From Octopus vulgaris (taxonomy: Eukaryota): a stretch of 64,000 nt of DNA. Positions 1-11,084 of this stretch are shown here, one piece after another. The position numbers and the translations under genes are program-made. The stretch's first letter is position 1, and every line of letters begins with the position of its first letter. The notes under the pieces are model-generated. The model did not search any database. It was not told where the DNA came from and saw only the letters and a list, made by a program, of their open reading frames with translations. The DNA lies in assembly GCA_951406725.2 (NCBI GenBank), contig OX597825.1, forward strand, positions 32,488,001 through 32,552,000, in the 5' to 3' direction.

Positions 1-50
<50 letters not shown>

Positions 51-72
51 TATATATATATATATATATATT
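1..72. repeat. (TA)n microsatellite
   Basis: Direct reading; the first of dozens of (TA)n, (CA)n, (GA)n, (TATG)n, (TAA)n, (CAT)n and (GATA)n tracts in the window. Confidence 0.98.
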
Positions 73-136
73 TATACACATACGTTTATGAATTTGTGTT
101 GCAAAATTTCTGATGTGAAGTCGTCTGTTGAAACAG

Positions 137-612
137 ATATTGTTGTATTTCGGGACGATCTATTTTTGCCAAATAAGCACACGCACTACATATTCGTTCT
201 TCATTTATTGTATTACTGTTCTTATTCTAACTCAGGTCCATTGCCTGGAAATCTTCCGTCGCACATCTGTGACCTCCTCAGCGAACACTCTCCATCTTCG
301 TTCGTTCTCTTCCTCTGCTTGTTCCATTCCCTTTGAGAGTTATATACAGAATGTAATAAACAGAGCAAGAGCACACACGAAGACGGAAAGTGTCACTGAA
401 GAGGTCACAGACGTGCGACGAAAGATTTCTGAACAAAGGACATGAGTTCGAATAAGAACAGTAATAAACAAGTGAAGAAAGTTATTTACATTATTTACAT
501 TATTTACATTCGACGGGTAAATATCGAACTGTATTAAGTGAAGAACGAACATATAGTGCGTGTGTATATTTAGCAAAAAGAAAAAAATGACCACTCCGAA
601 ATACAGCAATAT
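137..612. mobile_element. Foldback (long imperfect inverted-repeat) element, probably Penelope-like pseudo-LTR derived
   Basis: ATATTGTTGTATTTCGG (137-153) is the inverse of CCGAAATACAGCAATAT (596-612). Inner arms ~258-300 and ~378-420 also pair. Lies between (TA)n tracts; the arms contain hammerhead cores. Confidence 0.75.
391..435 (+). ncRNA. Minimal type I hammerhead ribozyme motif
   Basis: TGTCA (stem I) - CTGAAGA (396-402) - G - GTC...GAC (stem II) - GAAA (420-423) - GATT-TC (predicted cut after C429) - TGAACA (stem I'). Confidence 0.6.
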
Positions 613-620
613 ATATATAT

Positions 621-659
<39 letters not shown>

Positions 660-790
660 ACGCACAATAAATTCATAACTTACTAAAATTTCTCCTAAGA
701 TGGAAAACTCGGAAACATTGAAGCAATTTTTAGCAACACTCAAAGAAAAGGGAAGATAATATATATTTAAAAAAAAATACAATTAATATC

Positions 791-1150
791 TAAAATTAGT
801 CTCCAGCTAATGGAAAGGACGGTCGGGTGTTTGTTTGTTGGCAATAAACATGATCTGCATTATATATATATATATATATATTGCTGTATATCAGGGTGGT
901 CATTTTTTTTCTTTTTGTCAAATAAACACACATCTGTGACCTCGTCAGCGACACTTTCCGTCTTCGTGTGTGCTCTTGCTCTGTTTATTCCATTCTGTAT
1001 ATAACTCTCAAGAGAATGGAATATGCAGAGCAAGAGCACGAACGAAGACGGAAAGTGTTCGCTGAGGAGGTCACAGGTGTGCGACGGAAGATATATATAT
1101 ATATAAACAAACACCAGACCATCCTTTCCATCAGCTGGAGACTAATTTTA
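791..1150. mobile_element. Nested foldback elements: outer inverted repeat 791-836/1105-1150 enclosing an inverted, truncated copy (878-1092) of the 137-612 family
   Basis: TAAAATTAGTCTCCAGCTAATGGAAAGGACGGTC is the inverse of GACCATCCTTTCCATCAGCTGGAGACTAATTTTA. The inner element matches 137-612 in reverse orientation and is bounded by (TA)n. Confidence 0.7.
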
Positions 1151-1549
1151 TATATATCTACGGTGTAGCCAGGCAACCGTGAGCCTTCTTTCAGGGTTTT
1201 TAGACTAGAGAAGAAAAGGGAGATAATCTTTCTTTACCAGGCGATTGGACTGAATGCTTCAATTTGTCATGTGATGGTGGTGTTAAACTAGAGAGTTTGA
1301 ATCGATTCAAGTCCATACATGAGTGGTACTATTTTATCGAACATGGATGGATATAATTCAAACCCCGTGTTAATGAATCTGAGTTCAGAATCTGGAACGA
1401 TGCAAAGATGGAGCTAAAACTGGCAAAAATACATTAATTTTAACAGTGTAGCGTTTCAGCTATTCTATTGTTGTTGTTGCATAAACAAATAATTTGAACA
1501 GCATTTTATATTTATCAGATTTATTGGTCAGCCTCAACCTATATTTATA

Positions 1550-1926
1550 CTAGCAGTAATGCCCGGTTTTGCTCGGGTTTGTTTCGACCCTTTAGAATTG
1601 GAATTTTTGAAAAGAAAATATTTTGCATTATGTAGCTTGTTATTCTCTTACAGGTTGAAATACACCGAAAAATGGTGACACATCAGTCAAAATATCGTAA
1701 AAAATAGGAATTTTCATAGAAAAAAGCATCTTTTTGATGTAAATAATTTTTGTAAATAATGCTCCGATTTGAATGTTTTCTTCTACGGAAAAAGAGCAAA
1801 CCTTCTTCTATCATACTTTCAATTTTGGTCAACTTGCGCCGCAGAGTCACGGAGCAGATAGTGTTAGTTGAAGGCTACCGAACCTAGCCTTACACAAACA
1901 ACTTCAGCTTTATATATATAGAGAGA
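1550..1926 (-). mobile_element. Non-autonomous Helitron
   Basis: On the minus strand it begins A|TC(TCTATATATATAAAG) and ends with a subterminal hairpin (CCCG-N8-CGGG, 1562-1577) followed by CTAG|T. It is inserted in an AT dinucleotide with no TSD, which are canonical Helitron termini. Confidence 0.75.
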
Positions 1927-2598
1927 TATGTCTACTAAATCAAATAATCACTTTTGATTCTTTACTCAGTCATAACTTCTAGCTAAGGTGAAGAACCACT
2001 TGGATTTAATCTGAAACATAACGAGCGTTCAGTAAACAAATTTTAGATTGTGTTCTGTGAGGATTTATCAATGATGGGAAATGTTTTGTTAATTCATTGT
2101 CTGCCAACGTATTATATCTCTCTGGAAACAAACAGCAAAACACAAAATAAAACACACATACATACACAAAAGATAACATATATACCCAAGAAGCTTTAAA
2201 GCAAACACACTTTTTTTTTATTCGATAGCTATGTAAATATTAGCATTTATAAGTCAAATGAAACAAATCGTTCTGTTAATCCCATCTAAACATGAAAGAA
2301 ACGAGAAGTCTTTATTTATCTATTCATCCTCAATTATTTTACTGTTATTTCAGTAACACATTCCTATGTATGTATGTATGTATGTATGTATGTATGTATG
2401 TATGTATGTATGTATGTGTATGCATGTATGCATGTGTGTGTGTGTATGTGTGTGTGTGTGTGTACGTGTGTATGTAATCGAAAAGAACTCTAGGTTAATG
2501 ATGTCCCAATTGTGACTTCCGTCATCTGATCTTCAGGCGTGACGTCTGTGACGTGTACGTACGTTTCTCTCTCTCTCTTTCCCTCTCCCCTTTTCTTC

Positions 2599-2644
<46 letters not shown>

Positions 2645-3231
2645 CTCTCTCTCTCTCTCTCTCTCCTTTTTTAAAGAGAGTATGTGATTTGAGGGAGATT
2701 TAGCTACTGTTACTACCAGGTCGAATGAGCTCTCCCCCATTGGTTTGTATGTCTTGAGTGGTTTAATGAGATTGGAATGAGTCCAATGGTTGTGCTGGAA
2801 TGTTGAACGAATGTTTGTTTGGACAGCATATCTTTCGCTAATTAATCCTTTGCAGTTAATCCTACTTCTATAAAAAGACGTCATTTGTAGCAAAGTGAAG
2901 TGTTTTATTGGAACTTATCCCAGCTTGAACGATCTTTAAGCAGTTTAAAAGAATTCTCTTGATACGATTGCTAATTTATCGCTAACCATTATTGTATAAT
3001 CAAAGACATTCCAGCCGTAACCACCACATTTTATAAAGGAATCTAGGACTATATTGTTAATTATCTACATTATCTACATTATCTAATGCCAATGTCGACT
3101 CCACCTTTCATCTTTTCCCGGTGGATAAAATAACTCTCTGTCAAGTACTGGGATCGCTGTAATCGACTTGATCTTCTCCCCAAAAGCTACTGACCCTGGG
3201 CCAAGATTTGAAACCATTATCTACATTATAT

Positions 3232-3479
3232 GTGGAGGCGCGTGGCTAAGTGGTTACGGTATCAGCACCATGATCGTAAGATTGTGGTTTCGATTCCTGG
3301 ACCGGGCGATGCGTTGTATTCTTGAGCAAAACACTTCATTTCAGGTTGCTCCAGTCCACTCAGCTGGCAAAAATGAGTAACGCTGCGATGGACTGGCGGG
3401 AACACATACGCCATTGAAACGGGGACACCGGGCCCATGAGCCTGGCTAGGCTTTAAAAAGGGCGCATTTATTCATTTTT
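3232..3479 (+). mobile_element. tRNA-derived SINE with 15-bp target-site duplication
   Basis: A box TGGCTAAGTGG, B box GTTTCGATTCC. TSD TTATCTACATTATAT at 3217-3231 and 3480-3494. Related copy on the minus strand at ~53670-53845. Confidence 0.85.
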
Positions 3480-3504
3480 TTATCTACATTATATAACGTC
3501 AACC

Positions 3505-3715
3505 AGTCGGCAGAACCGTTACCGAGCCAGACAAAATGGTTACTGGCATTTCCTCCGGCTTTACGTTTTGAGTTCAAATACCACGGAGGTCAACATTGCT
3601 TTTTATTCTTTCGGGGTCGATAACATATATCCCAGTTGAGCGCAGGCGTCACTGCAATCGACTAATCCCTTCCAACAAAATTTCCGGTCTTATGACTACT
3701 GTAGAGAGGATTATC
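3505..3715 (+). mobile_element. Degenerate tRNA-derived SINE (GAGTTCAAAT...CTTTCGGGGTCGATAA family)
   Basis: Similar to the better-preserved copies at 23755-24545. Confidence 0.75.
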
Positions 3716-4039
3716 TACATTGCCCAGCGTATTAAGACGATGGTGGGCGGGTGGAGGACGTGATTTGAGGACGATTTGGTCACCCTTTCTCCTATGTTGT
3801 GCGACTACGCAGAGGCTCTGTCAATGTACTGAAAATAGGATGTGAACTTGTTATCGTATGTTATTAAAAAGGATAAAGCAAAGAAACCTTTTAGATATAT
3901 TATAGCTTCAACCACTCCTCATATGATACTGATATATCGAGAATATAAACCATAAAACGGAAATACTATAACGTACACTAGAGGTCACTGAGATCAAGGG
4001 TGTTTAATCATGGCACGCACAAACAGTTGAACAACATTA

Positions 4040-4410
4040 TGTTTCACTTGTTTCTGTCATTAGACTGTGGCCATACTGGAGCACCGTCTTGAAGAATTTT
4101 AGTCGAACGAATCGACCCCAGTACTTTTGTTTAAAATCTGGTAGTTCTTCAATCGGTGAACCGCTAGGTTACAGGGGTGTAAACTCACCAAGCGTTGGGG
4201 GGGGACAGATACAAAGACACACGCACGCACACATACATACACAAGTGACGGGCTTCTTTCATTTTCCGTTTACCAAATCAATTCAGAAGGCTTTGGTCGG
4301 CCCTAAAGTATAATAGAAGACACTTGCCCCAAGGTGCCACGCAGTGGGACTGAACCTTGAACCACGTGGCTGGGAAGCAAATGTCTTACCATACAGTCAT
4401 ACCTGCGCCT
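4040..4410 (-). mobile_element. Octopus-type tRNA-derived SINE (GGCGCAGG...GGTTCAGTCCCACTGCG head, ...GAAACAAGT tail)
   Basis: Aligns by eye with the full-length copy at 20385-20833; internal (CA)n. Confidence 0.85.
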
Positions 4411-4487
4411 ATGATTAATTTGTTATGTAAAGTGTATTTTGCATTGCAAGGTCAACTCACAATCATTTATTTAAAAAATACTTGAAT

Positions 4488-5020
4488 ATGGCTGAGTGGT
4501 AAGAAGAGGGCATCCCAATAAGACGGCTTCGGGTTCAGTTCCACAGCGTAACACTTTGGACAGATACCTTCTACTTATAGCGCCGGGCTTACTAAACCCT
4601 TGTGAGCGGATTTTGTAAAGTGAAAGAGAACTGTTGCATATGTATGTATGTGTGTATGTATGTATGTATGTATATATTTATGTATGTATGTATATATGTA
4701 TATCTTTGTATCTATCTATACGTGTGTTTGTGTATGTGTGTGTCTGTTTGTTTGTGTGTGTGTGTTAGACTATGCTAGCGTGTTTGAGGGTTTGTGTTAG
4801 TTCATCACCACCGACTGACAACTGGTGTTGTTTTCTTTATGTTCCCATAACTTAGTAGTTCAGTAAAGGGTTTCGATTGAATAAGTGCAAGGCTTTCAAA
4901 ATAAATAAATAAATATGCATAAATAAATAAATTCTGCAGTCCATTTGTTCGCTTGAACTCTTTAAGGTGGTGCTCCAGCATGGCCGCAGTCCAATGACTA
5001 CAACAAGTAAGAGATAAAAA
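4488..5020 (+). mobile_element. Octopus-type tRNA-derived SINE
   Basis: TGGCTGAGTGG A box, GGGTTCAGTTCC B box, internal TG microsatellite, tail GGTGCTCCAGCATGGCCGCAGTC...ACAAGTAAGAG. Confidence 0.85.
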
Positions 5021-5455
5021 TACAGATTAGCCTCTTTAGCAAAAAAAAAGTAACCTTCAGAGACACCCTGGTTTCATATCAAAGCTAAATGTGTATTAAA
5101 TACTTATTCGAAATTTTACTTACATTTTACTCTTATCCCATTACTGCATAATGTCAATAAATATCAATTAATTAAAAGTACATCTTCGTTTTTAATATAT
5201 TGACTCTTGAGATTAAATATTTTAATAACCAATTTCAGACATAAAAAAAGACGAATAAACACAGTTTACGAATCAATCACTTTTTGGAGCAAGCGATTTA
5301 TCGATCACATTTTCCAGATCAGATACCAGTAATGAAACTCGGGGATTGACAAACAGACCGGCTCATTTGATCAGTTTGAAACGCATAATTTTAACTCGGC
5401 TTTACCATTGTTTTTAAGCTGTTACTTACAAATATTCAGAAATTTTATGACTTAT

Positions 5456-5630
5456 AGGCGCAGGCGTAAATATGTAATCGAGAAGCTTGCTTTTCAGTCA
5501 GGTGGCTGGCTGATCTGGGTTCAGTCCCACTGCGAGGTACCTTGTCTGAGTGTCTTCTACCATAGTCCAGTACCGACCAAAGGCTTGTGAGTGGATTTGG
5601 GAGACAGAAATTGAAAGAAACCGGTCATAT
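5456..5630 (+). mobile_element. 5' half of octopus-type SINE
   Basis: GGCGCAGG...GGGTTCAGTCCCACTGCG...ACCAAAGGCTTGTGAGTGGATTTGG, ending in microsatellite. Confidence 0.8.
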
Positions 5631-5658
5631 ATATACACACACAAACACACACACATAT

Positions 5659-5716
<58 letters not shown>

Positions 5717-5800
5717 TCACATATATATACAGATACATATAAATACATACATATATATACACATACATATACACATGCATACATATACACATACATATAA

Positions 5801-5839
<39 letters not shown>

Positions 5840-5884
5840 CTCGGTTTCTTTGTATGTGTCCACTGTCCTCTTTTTGTTCGCAAC

Positions 5885-5958
5885 TTTGACCCTCCAAGAA
5901 TCGAACCTACGATGTTATCTTCGAGAGTTCAACATCCTAACGAGTTGGCTACGCGCCT
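5885..5958 (-). mobile_element. tRNA-like SINE head (not a tRNA gene)
   Basis: The minus strand reads GGCGCGTAGCCAACTCGTTAGG...GGTTCGATTCTTGG. It has A and B boxes but no intact acceptor stem. Confidence 0.55.
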
Positions 5959-7714
5959 TCTACATTTACACACACACACACGCACAAGCACACACAAACA
6001 CACACATTCACACACGCACACACACACACATACACGTTTAATGTACCCAACAGGATTGTGTTCTCCCTGTTCTTTGTTTTTGATGTTATCGTACACTAAT
6101 AAACACATACACACATGTGAATATGTGTGTGTATATGTGTATTTATTTATATGTGTAAGTGCGTGTGGGATTTATGTGTGTGTGTTTATTTGTTTACGAA
6201 AATACACTGCATATCAGTGATTCAATTTTTGTGTCCCACTGTGAACAATACTGAGCGCTACATTGCTGTAAATGGCTGTTTTTGAAATCTCTAGTTTTCC
6301 CGAGGCCTATCTTGAAATCTCAATAGAGTTAACTAGACAGAAAAGAATAAAAGAATATAAACAATGAATGGCAAACGATTGAGAAATATTCAAATTATTA
6401 TTATTACTTTTTTGTTTCAGATGCGAAAATATAAAATACATCAAATACATTTAACTGAAAGAGAAAAAGAAAATATATTAATTTGATTGATGGGAAACAG
6501 AGAAGATTGATTTCGGAATTCAGTTAAAAACATTATCGTGCAAAATATAACAATATTGTACTATTGAAATCTTACATAGGCTCATGGCCTGGAAATTCAA
6601 AGGCAAGACAGAATGAGATTGCCAGGATATTAATGACATACGTGAGTCAACAACTCTGGAATGTAAAACATATTTTTCATTTTCTTTTAGCTAGTGAGTC
6701 TGGAGAAAGGGACATTGCCCATTAGCTTTGCCGGTTTTCCGAAACCTGTGGGCTTGATGGCATTAATGTTCTGTTTAAAGAGTTGCAGATCAACATTAAC
6801 AGGAAAAAATTGAGGAAGGAATAGATTCCAGACTGGGTGATGTTCTCAAAAGAAAGGAATGGCCGTAGGGCTGCACCTGAGGTGGCCGCAACAAGGGTGA
6901 CGAGCGATGTAAAGACGATTAAGTTGTGACAGGGAAATATGCAGATTGTGTACTACCGGGGGCAGCGGCTGGGTTTGCCACCCCATCCTCGGACCCCACG
7001 TCCTATACAAGCTTATACAACATATCCAAAAGTGTCTACCTGGGTGGTCCACCTACTGCTCATCCCATAGCTACGATACTGGAGCAGGAATGTTTGAGTA
7101 GTGGCGGAAGAGGGGTTGTTATATTAGTGATAGCAAATACAAAGATGAGACAGCATACCTGTGATGCAGGGACTGAGATGTGTTCTTCAGTTATGTGTTC
7201 TTCAGATGTGTTCTCAGACTGAGATGTGATGCAGGGACTGAGATGTGTTCACTCAGTGCTAATCATCTGAGTGGCCCTTCTTTGGAGGTGGTACAGGATG
7301 TCACTGAGCGTTACAGCAGCAACGTCTCTACGAATCTGCGCGGTAACTTGGACTATGAGAACAAACAGCTAAATTTTCCTGAAACAACTCATTACAATTC
7401 AAAGTAAGGGATGACAAGTTAGATACGCTATATCTTAGATACATAATGTTTGAAAAAAATAAAACAATATCAAGCACTGACATGCCTTTTGCTTTTGGGT
7501 CCTCTGGATTAGCGCTGGGCTAAAAGACGACAACAGCATCAACTATATTCTGCTCTTATTGTTTTTCAATGCAATCCATCTTCACTCGATTTTTAGAATC
7601 CAGTTCCATTATCTTTCAGCTTCTTAGTGTCCTGTGCATTTTTATTCCCTAATGACATTTCTTGATGCAATTTGTAACCCGATCGACTTTCTCACAATAA
7701 TTTTCTCTCTTCCA

Positions 7715-7778
<64 letters not shown>

Positions 7779-8589
7779 GTTGTTGTTATTTTTGATGCTG
7801 TTGTTGTTGTTGTTGTTGTTGCTGTTTTATTTTTATTATCGTTATCATCGCTATCATTATTGCTATGTTGCTGTTGTGATTGTGGTCGTCGTCATCGTTA
7901 TTGTTGCCTACTATGGTAATTAATCATATGATTTCTTCTTTATTGATTAGCTTGTTGATTTCGTTCAATTGGAATTCGCTTCATTTCTGCTCATTGCTGC
8001 TGTTGTTCTTTCCCAGTCTTGCATATTTGATTAAGCGAGAGAAAAGGGGTCATAATTCCTAGAAACAATAACAAAATTGTAACAATGCAAAAACAAGCAC
8101 AAATAAACAAAGGAAAACAAAACAAAACGTTGAATACAAATGCACACGCATGCGTTTGAATAATATATGATGAAGAACGCTGTAGATTATTATGAGGCAG
8201 TTTTAAATATAAGAATCGACACAAGCAACAGCCAAATATTTTCAAATATTGATGTGGCTGTAACAGGCGATCTATACTCTAATGCAGCGTCAACCTCAAT
8301 CCTATATATTAATTATTGTTTTCTTTTCACTGCAGAGAGACTCTAAATATTAAAAAGGAGATGAACATGAATGTTGTGGCGTTCGTTCACTTCCGAACAG
8401 AGAGAGTATTATTAATCTTTTACTTGTTTGTCATTAGACTGCGGCCATGCTGGAATCGAACCTGATAATTTTGTCAAGTCTGATGCTTATTCTATAGATC
8501 CCTTTTGCCAAACCGCTAAGGTACGGGAACATAAACGCGCCAATTCCCGTTGTCAAGCGGTAGTGGGGGACAATTACAGACAGAAAGAC

Positions 8590-8862
8590 TTTCACTTATA
8601 TATTGGAAGTCACTTGACCCTGTTATCTCCCCTACTGTTCCTCTCGCGTCTGACCACTGTCCGATCAGGACGTCATGATAGATCGTTAGCTCCTACACGC
8701 ATTTTTTTCTCTTCTTGTTTTTTTTTTTGTGTATCTTTCTGCCGAAGAGCGTAGGCTCGAAACGTAAAAGACTTTTTCTATTCCTGAGCGCTATACTAAT
8801 ACATTTGTTTGTTTGTACTCCATCTGCCTTCGTCTTTTTTTTATTTTCGTAAACTTTCCCTT

Positions 8863-8870
<8 letters not shown>
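8590..8870 (+). mobile_element. Penelope-like element terminal (pseudo-LTR) fragment with hammerhead motif at 8734-8771
   Basis: TCTTT-CTGCCGA-A-GAGC gtag GCTC-GAAA-CGT-A-AAAGA; ends ...TTCGTCTTT...GTAAA-(TA)n, like related copies at 8897-9060 and 48540-48700. Confidence 0.65.
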
Positions 8871-8893
<23 letters not shown>

Positions 8894-8896
8894 AGT

Positions 8897-9060
8897 TCAA
8901 CTTTTACAGAAAACAAAAGACGAAGACATGTGAGGGAACAACAACCAGGTGTATTCGGTTGACACTCGGGAGCAGTGGAAATGTCCTTGACGTTTCGGAC
9001 TTCCGTCCTTCGATAGAAAAGGTTGAGAAAAAGAATGGAGAGAGGACGAAATAAAACGGA
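8897..9060 (-). mobile_element. Penelope-like terminal fragment with degenerate hammerhead motif at 8985-9022
   Basis: Minus strand: CCTTTT-CTATCGA-A-GGAC ggaa GTCC-GAAA-CGT-C-AAGG; arranged tail-to-tail with 8590-8870 across a (TA)(TG) tract. Confidence 0.6.
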
Positions 9061-9552
9061 GAGGGAAAGAATGTTTAGGGATTAACGGTTCAACATAAAA
9101 TGACCAGAAGACAGACGCTGATTGAAGGGTAGATAAAAATGGTGACCCGGAAGAAATAGGGTGCGCAAGCGTGTGTGTGTATGTAAAAATGGTATGTGTG
9201 TGTACGTGTGAATGGGGGCGAGCGCGTGTGACTGTATGTGCGGGCGAGCTTAAAATTATGAGGGCCTGTGTGCGTATGGGAGCGCGCGTGCGTGTGTGTA
9301 TAAGTAACCTAGTGTGTGCATTGTGTGGAGTGATGTGTAATTCGTGCATTTATGTTTGTGTGTTCAACGTGGGAGCACAACCTGGAAATGTTTTAAAAGG
9401 TCGAATAAACTCCAGTACTAATTTCTAAAGCATGGTTCTTATTTTATCGTTCTCTCAGGTAGGTCCGCTATGTTACAGATATGTAAAAACCAATACCAGA
9501 TGTCAAGCGGTGCCGGGGGGGGGGCAAGCACGAAGACAAAGATAAACATGCT

Positions 9553-9583
<31 letters not shown>

Positions 9584-9584
9584 T

Positions 9585-9804
9585 GTATTTTGTGGGCGAA
9601 CCAGGCTACCATTGGGTTAAGAGAAGAATGTTTCTTTACATTTTCCAAGCTAATTGCATGTGGCGCTGGTGTTCGTCTTCATCTTAGATGACGCGTTTTG
9701 ATCCAACATGAAGACGAACACCAACGTCACATGCAGTGAAATTGTAAACAGATATACCTTTCTTAACATAAATCTAATGGTTGCTTGGTTCACCCGCAAA
9801 ATAC
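9585..9804. mobile_element. Foldback/MITE-like palindromic element in a CA/TG microsatellite
   Basis: GTATTTTGTGGGCGAACCAGGCTACCATTGG is the inverse of CTAATGGTTGCTTGGTTCACCCGCAAAATAC. Inner arms TGCATGTGGCGCTGGTGTTCGTCTTCAT / ATGAAGACGAACACCAACGTCACATGCA. Confidence 0.75.
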
Positions 9805-9824
9805 TGTATGTATGTGTGTGTGTG

Positions 9825-9866
<42 letters not shown>

Positions 9867-10665
9867 AGAAATGTGAAACCAAGCATGGTAAATATTTCTG
9901 ACCCTTTCAGTTAAAATATTGAAATTCTGTATTATCGGTTCTCGGTGAATGAACAGAATGTTATGGATGTAACGTTTTATCTATGTAACGAAATATGATA
10001 TAATATATTATACACACAATATTCATATTATTCGTGAAACAATATTCGGTTGCCATTAAGAATGAGGAAAATACTCCTAAGGCTGTGCACAGAACCAGTC
10101 TTTGCGCATGGCTGTGTGATATGTAGCATTAACAAACATGTCAACAGTTTATCAATGCTGCAGAGGTGTTCTTCCTTACACGAATATATTAGAGGAGTTC
10201 TATGCAGATAAAGTGACAAACCACGAAATCCGGACCAGAAAGCTCAACAATATAAGAATAAGACAAAGTTTATTGGATACTGAATGAGGAGAGAAAGCTT
10301 TGAGAGCTTGGTGATAACGAAGGAGGTGATAGGGAGAAGAAACCAGGAAAGACAAAGAGAGAAAGAGAGAAAGGAAAAGACACAGAGACAGAAGGATGGA
10401 TAGGCGGGGAGAGAGAGAGAGAGAGAGAGAGAGAGGGAAAGAAAAGATTCTCGATGGCCAATAATGTTCTAAGTTTGGTGTGAGAGAGGAGGACGAAGAA
10501 TCCATGATCGCCGATGTCTGAACGCGTGACATATGAAGAGTATCAAGATGTCAAATGTCAGATAGATTAAGGAAGAAAATCAGAAACATAATCAATCATA
10601 AATATAGCATTTATGTTAGTCATATTATTCTTAAGACAATTGACTGAACAATTGTGACACAGACA

Positions 10666-10707
<42 letters not shown>

Positions 10708-11084
10708 GTCTGTCTCTGTCTCTCTTTCTCTCTCTCTCTCTCTCACACACACATTATATTTTATATTTTTTATATATTTTATAAAAGTCACTCAAAGTAA
10801 CAAATATAAAACAATCTTTAAACATACTTTCGTGCTATTTTCACCTTTATTTTTGTCACTATATATATACATTTAGAATTCACATTTCAGTAGATCAGCT
10901 ACAACACTTCGTACTTTCTTCACTGGGACTGTAGATTCAATCCAGTTATATGTAGTTTTTTTTTTCTGATACTAAAACTTTGCTAACGTGGTTTTAACAC
11001 TGCAGAATGCAAATAGATGTCTTCAAGTTTGTTCCATTACTTAAATTGTCTAATTTTTAGCGTAACGATAAAAATAATAGAATG

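Noticed and set aside
3232-3310. tRNA genes (also ~5885, 20760, 50940, 53780)
   Set aside because: A/B boxes without a complete cloverleaf and continuous with SINE bodies.
5550-6220. Long ORFs rich in YI/HT/CV/MY repeats (also at ~12.2, 13.0, 32.1, 35.2, 44.1, 48.9 and 59.4 kb)
   Set aside because: Translations of stop-free dinucleotide and tetranucleotide microsatellites; no coding signal.
6846-7407. GC-richer block with short ORFs and a local ~26-bp duplication
   Set aside because: Probably an old TE relic, but no diagnostic motif recovered, so not called.
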